Below are positions 61,434 to 64,000 of a stretch of DNA of 64,000 nt, piece by piece (position 1 is the first letter of the stretch; every line of letters starts with the position of its first letter). The translations under genes and the position numbers were made by a program. Location: positions 11,408,001-11,472,000 of the forward strand of contig NC_043002.1 in the NCBI RefSeq assembly GCF_006345805.1, in the 5' to 3' direction. The notes under the pieces are model-generated. The model was not told the DNA's origin. It searched no databases and saw only the letters and a list, made by a program, of their open reading frames with translations. Origin of the DNA: Octopus sinensis. Taxonomy: Eukaryota.

Positions 61434-61977
61434 ATGACCGAAAAAGTGAATTACTCTGACAGCAAAGTAGAGATAAAAACAGCTGAGCAACCACCATCGT
61501 ATGATAGTGTTGTTGCGAAAACGCCACCAATCAGCAAATTGCGCATCATAAAGAATGCTCTGGTTTTGAGCTTTGGCTTCTTATTCCTATTTACATCATT
61601 CCAGGCGTTGATGAACTTACAGAGTACATTGAACCAAGAAGCCGATGTCGGGCTTATATCCACAGCGGTTATTTACGCAGCTCTTATTCTTTCATGCCTA
61701 TTTCTACCACCACCGATCATCAGTCTTCTCGGATGCAAATGGACTGTAGCTTTAAGCATGGTTACCTACACAATTTACGTTGCTGGAAATTTTTACCCGA
61801 AAATGTGGACGATGGTCATAGTGTCCGCCATTGTTGGATTAGGAGCAGCTCCGTTATGGTCAGCAAAATGTGCATACCTCACGGAAATTGGAATTTGGTA
61901 CTCCAAATGGAAAAATATCGATTCAGATTCTTCAATTAACCATTTCTTTGGAGTTTTCTTCATGATTTTTCAGTCAT
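61434..61977 (+). CDS. UNC93A: UNC-93-like MFS membrane protein, first coding exon in window (181 codons + 1 nt)
   Basis: Polypyrimidine tract then ttcgcag|ATG at 61434. Open frame MTEKV...KNALVLSFGFLFLFTSFQALMNLQSTLN...LGCKWT...NFYPKMWTM...GLGAAPLWSAKCAYLT...FFGVFFMIFQS matches UNC-93 family motifs as I recall them. Donor t|gtgagt at 61977/61978 (phase 1). Orthology to UNC93A specifically is not proven. Confidence 0.88.
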
Positions 61978-62244
61978 GTGAGTATAACATTTCAAATTCG
62001 TTTCGAGAATGTTAGTCTCTGATGTATCGTATTCGATTGAGGGTTTGCAGACGATAAAAACAAAAGCAACACTGTCTTAGCATTTATTCTTTTACTTGTT
62101 TCAGTCATTTGTCTGCAGCCATGTTTGGACACAAGGACACAACGCGCCGCCCGGAATCGAACGCATGGCTTTAAGATCGTGAGCCAAATACACGAACCAC
62201 GAAGCCATGCGTCTTCAAACGCACATACATACATCATTATCTTT

Positions 62245-62450
62245 TACTCTTTTACTTGTTTCAATCATTTGACTGTGGTCATACTGGAGCACTGCCTTTA
62301 GTCGAGCAAATCGACCCTAGGACTTATTCTTTGTGAGCCAAGTACTTGTTTTATCGGTCTCTTGTGCCAAACCGCTAAGTTACGGGATCGTAAACACACC
62401 AACATCGGTTGTCAAGCGATTGTGGGGTGACAAACACAGATACACACACA
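62245..62450 (-). mobile_element. SINE A 3' half (in UNC93-like intron)
   Basis: Consensus match up to (CA)n. Confidence 0.85.
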
Positions 62451-62490
62451 CACACGCACACACACGCACACACACGCACACACACGCACA

Positions 62491-62542
<52 letters not shown>

Positions 62543-62666
62543 ACATCATTCCGGTGCGTATAGAACAAGTTTTAAGGAAATACAGGGATTGGTATGAATT
62601 GTTTCTTTCTCCTAACTTCACTGTGGTTTTCTGCCAGTGTTAGAAATCCTTATTTATATTTTACAG

Positions 62667-62818
62667 CCCAAATATGGGGAAATCTTATTTCCTCGTTGAT
62701 ACTCGGCCAGAACACTAATCAACATTCAGATTTCAACTCGTCGAATAGATCCTGTGGCGCTAATTATGATTTAAATGCCGGTGGTCCGCCACCAATTTCC
62801 TCTGTAGACGAACATCAG
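62667..62818 (+). CDS. UNC93A: UNC-93-like protein, next exon (152 nt)
   Basis: Acceptor ttttacag|cc completes the phase-1 codon (T+CC=Ser), giving FQS-S-QIWGNLISSLILGQ...SCGANY, the expected continuation in UNC-93 proteins. Donor cag|gtaaga at 62818/62819. Downstream exons lie beyond the window. Confidence 0.88.
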
Positions 62819-63104
62819 GTAAGAGAAATTGTACATAAATATTTCAGTCGTATACTCAGAGTATCTAAGTATTATGTAACCTAAAGCAGTGGTTCCCAAA
62901 GTGGACAGTACTTTCCCCTTGGGAGCGGTGGAAAGATCCAAGGGGTGTTGGAGATAAGTGGGATGATAACTGGGTGCCAAAAATGGGGTGATAGATGTAA
63001 AAAAAATATTGATAGGTTAATTAGGTTTAAGTTTTATTTGTGAAATACATTTTTAAAAAATTTGCTGCAGAAAGTGGTCTATATTCGTGGTGGGGAGGAT
63101 GAGG

Positions 63105-63370
63105 TACTTACTTGTACTTGTGGCGACATTTACCCTGGGCGGGTTGAGTTAGCTTCTTCTACCACCCTCGATGCATCTCGAACCATGGCAGCCCACGCAC
63201 GACGGTCCTGCGCCAGTTCACTGGAGATAGCGAGCCAGTCACGGTTCCATCGGCGCAGGCCGACCACCTGCGGCCCCGTGAGCACGGCGAGGTCCTTCTT
63301 GATCGTCGGATGAGGTGGGGTGTCAGGAATGTGGCCTGGGTTCCAATGTGGAGCAGCCTGAAAAAAGTTT
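63105..63370 (-). mobile_element. RTE-clade LINE 3' end
   Basis: ...ELAQDRRAWAAMVRDASRVVEEANSTRPG-stop (DRxxW-type RTE C-terminus), a short UTR and an acaagt/aagt repeat tail. Confidence 0.75.
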
Positions 63371-63469
63371 GGTCTAAAGTACACTAAGCAGTTATGTGCT
63401 GACAGAATACTTTGTATCATACTTTTTGATCCTGGAATATAAATGTTATTTGCTAAATACTATGTTACG

Positions 63470-63848
63470 TGGATGCGCAATGGCCCAGTGGTTAGGGCTG
63501 TGGACTCGCGGTCATAGGATCGCGATTTCGATTCCCAAACCGGAGTTATGAGTGTTTATTGAGCGAAATCACTTAAAAGCTCCACGAGGCTTCAGCAGGG
63601 GGTGGTGGCAAACCCTGCTGTACTCTTTCACCACAACTTTGTCTCACTCTTTCTTCCTGTTTCTCTGGTACCTGTATTTCAAAGGGCCAACCTTATCATT
63701 CTCTGTGTCACGCTGAATCTCCCTGAGAACTACGTTAAGGGTACACGGGTCTGTGGAGTGTTCAGTCACTTGCACGTTAATTTCACGAGCAGGCTGTTCC
63801 GTTGATCGGATCAACCGGAACCCTCGTCGTCGTAACCGACGGAGTGCC
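63470..63848 (+). mobile_element. SINE D head/middle with tail type iii
   Basis: D head, then ...gtcacgctgaatctccctgagaactacgttaaggg...gtcgtaaccgacggagtgcc; atgttac on both flanks. Confidence 0.82.
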
Positions 63849-64000
63849 GTAGAATGTTACAAACGTATAAAAAATGGCTATATTTCTTCCAAACTTCGTT
63901 TTTTTTTAACCTTATAGGAAAAACAGGTGAATTTGCATATTTTCATTTTGGCTGGCATGCTAACGATTCGGCCTGCTTGCTGCCTTTCTTTATATAAATG

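Noticed and set aside
61434-62015. ORF-track 193-aa protein ending ...FQSCEYNISNSFREC
   Set aside because: The last 12 residues are intron read-through past the GT donor at 61978.
62887-63000. cagtggttcccaaagtg hAT/Charlie-like terminus (similar starts at ~20888 and ~45605)
   Set aside because: The second TIR and TSD were not found, so boundaries cannot be supported.

Overview
AT-rich, repeat-saturated animal genomic DNA, almost certainly cephalopod and most likely Octopus (judged from recognisable SINE families and (TA)n density; not verified by search). The only host coding sequence I can support is two spliced exons of an UNC-93-like (UNC93A-type, MFS) membrane protein at 61434-61977 and 62667-62818 (+). 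The gene runs off the window end, and its first exon here starts at a splice acceptor, so an upstream exon exists that I could not locate. Nearly all other ORF-track entries are microsatellite or SINE artefacts. The rest is a layered TE landscape. It has several tRNA-headed SINE families (labelled A-F here) that swap heads, cores and tails, CR1-type and RTE-type LINE remnants, Tc1/mariner/pogo remnants, MITEs, Helitron/Helentron-type elements, long foldback palindromes and satellites. The most notable signal is a set of about 170-220 bp non-coding repeat families, mostly embedded in (TA)n tracts, carrying minimal type I hammerhead-ribozyme folds. Some have canonical cores and others have family-wide non-canonical cores (CUGU-N-GA; CCGA-Y-GA). 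They look like Penelope-like/retrozyme-type elements and cluster at 21.7-25 kb. The window also shows a SINE/LINE 3' tail partnership and SINE-B head-to-tail multimers with a recurrent junction. Coordinates of degraded repeats are approximate (about 10-20 bp), and family labels are my own working names.
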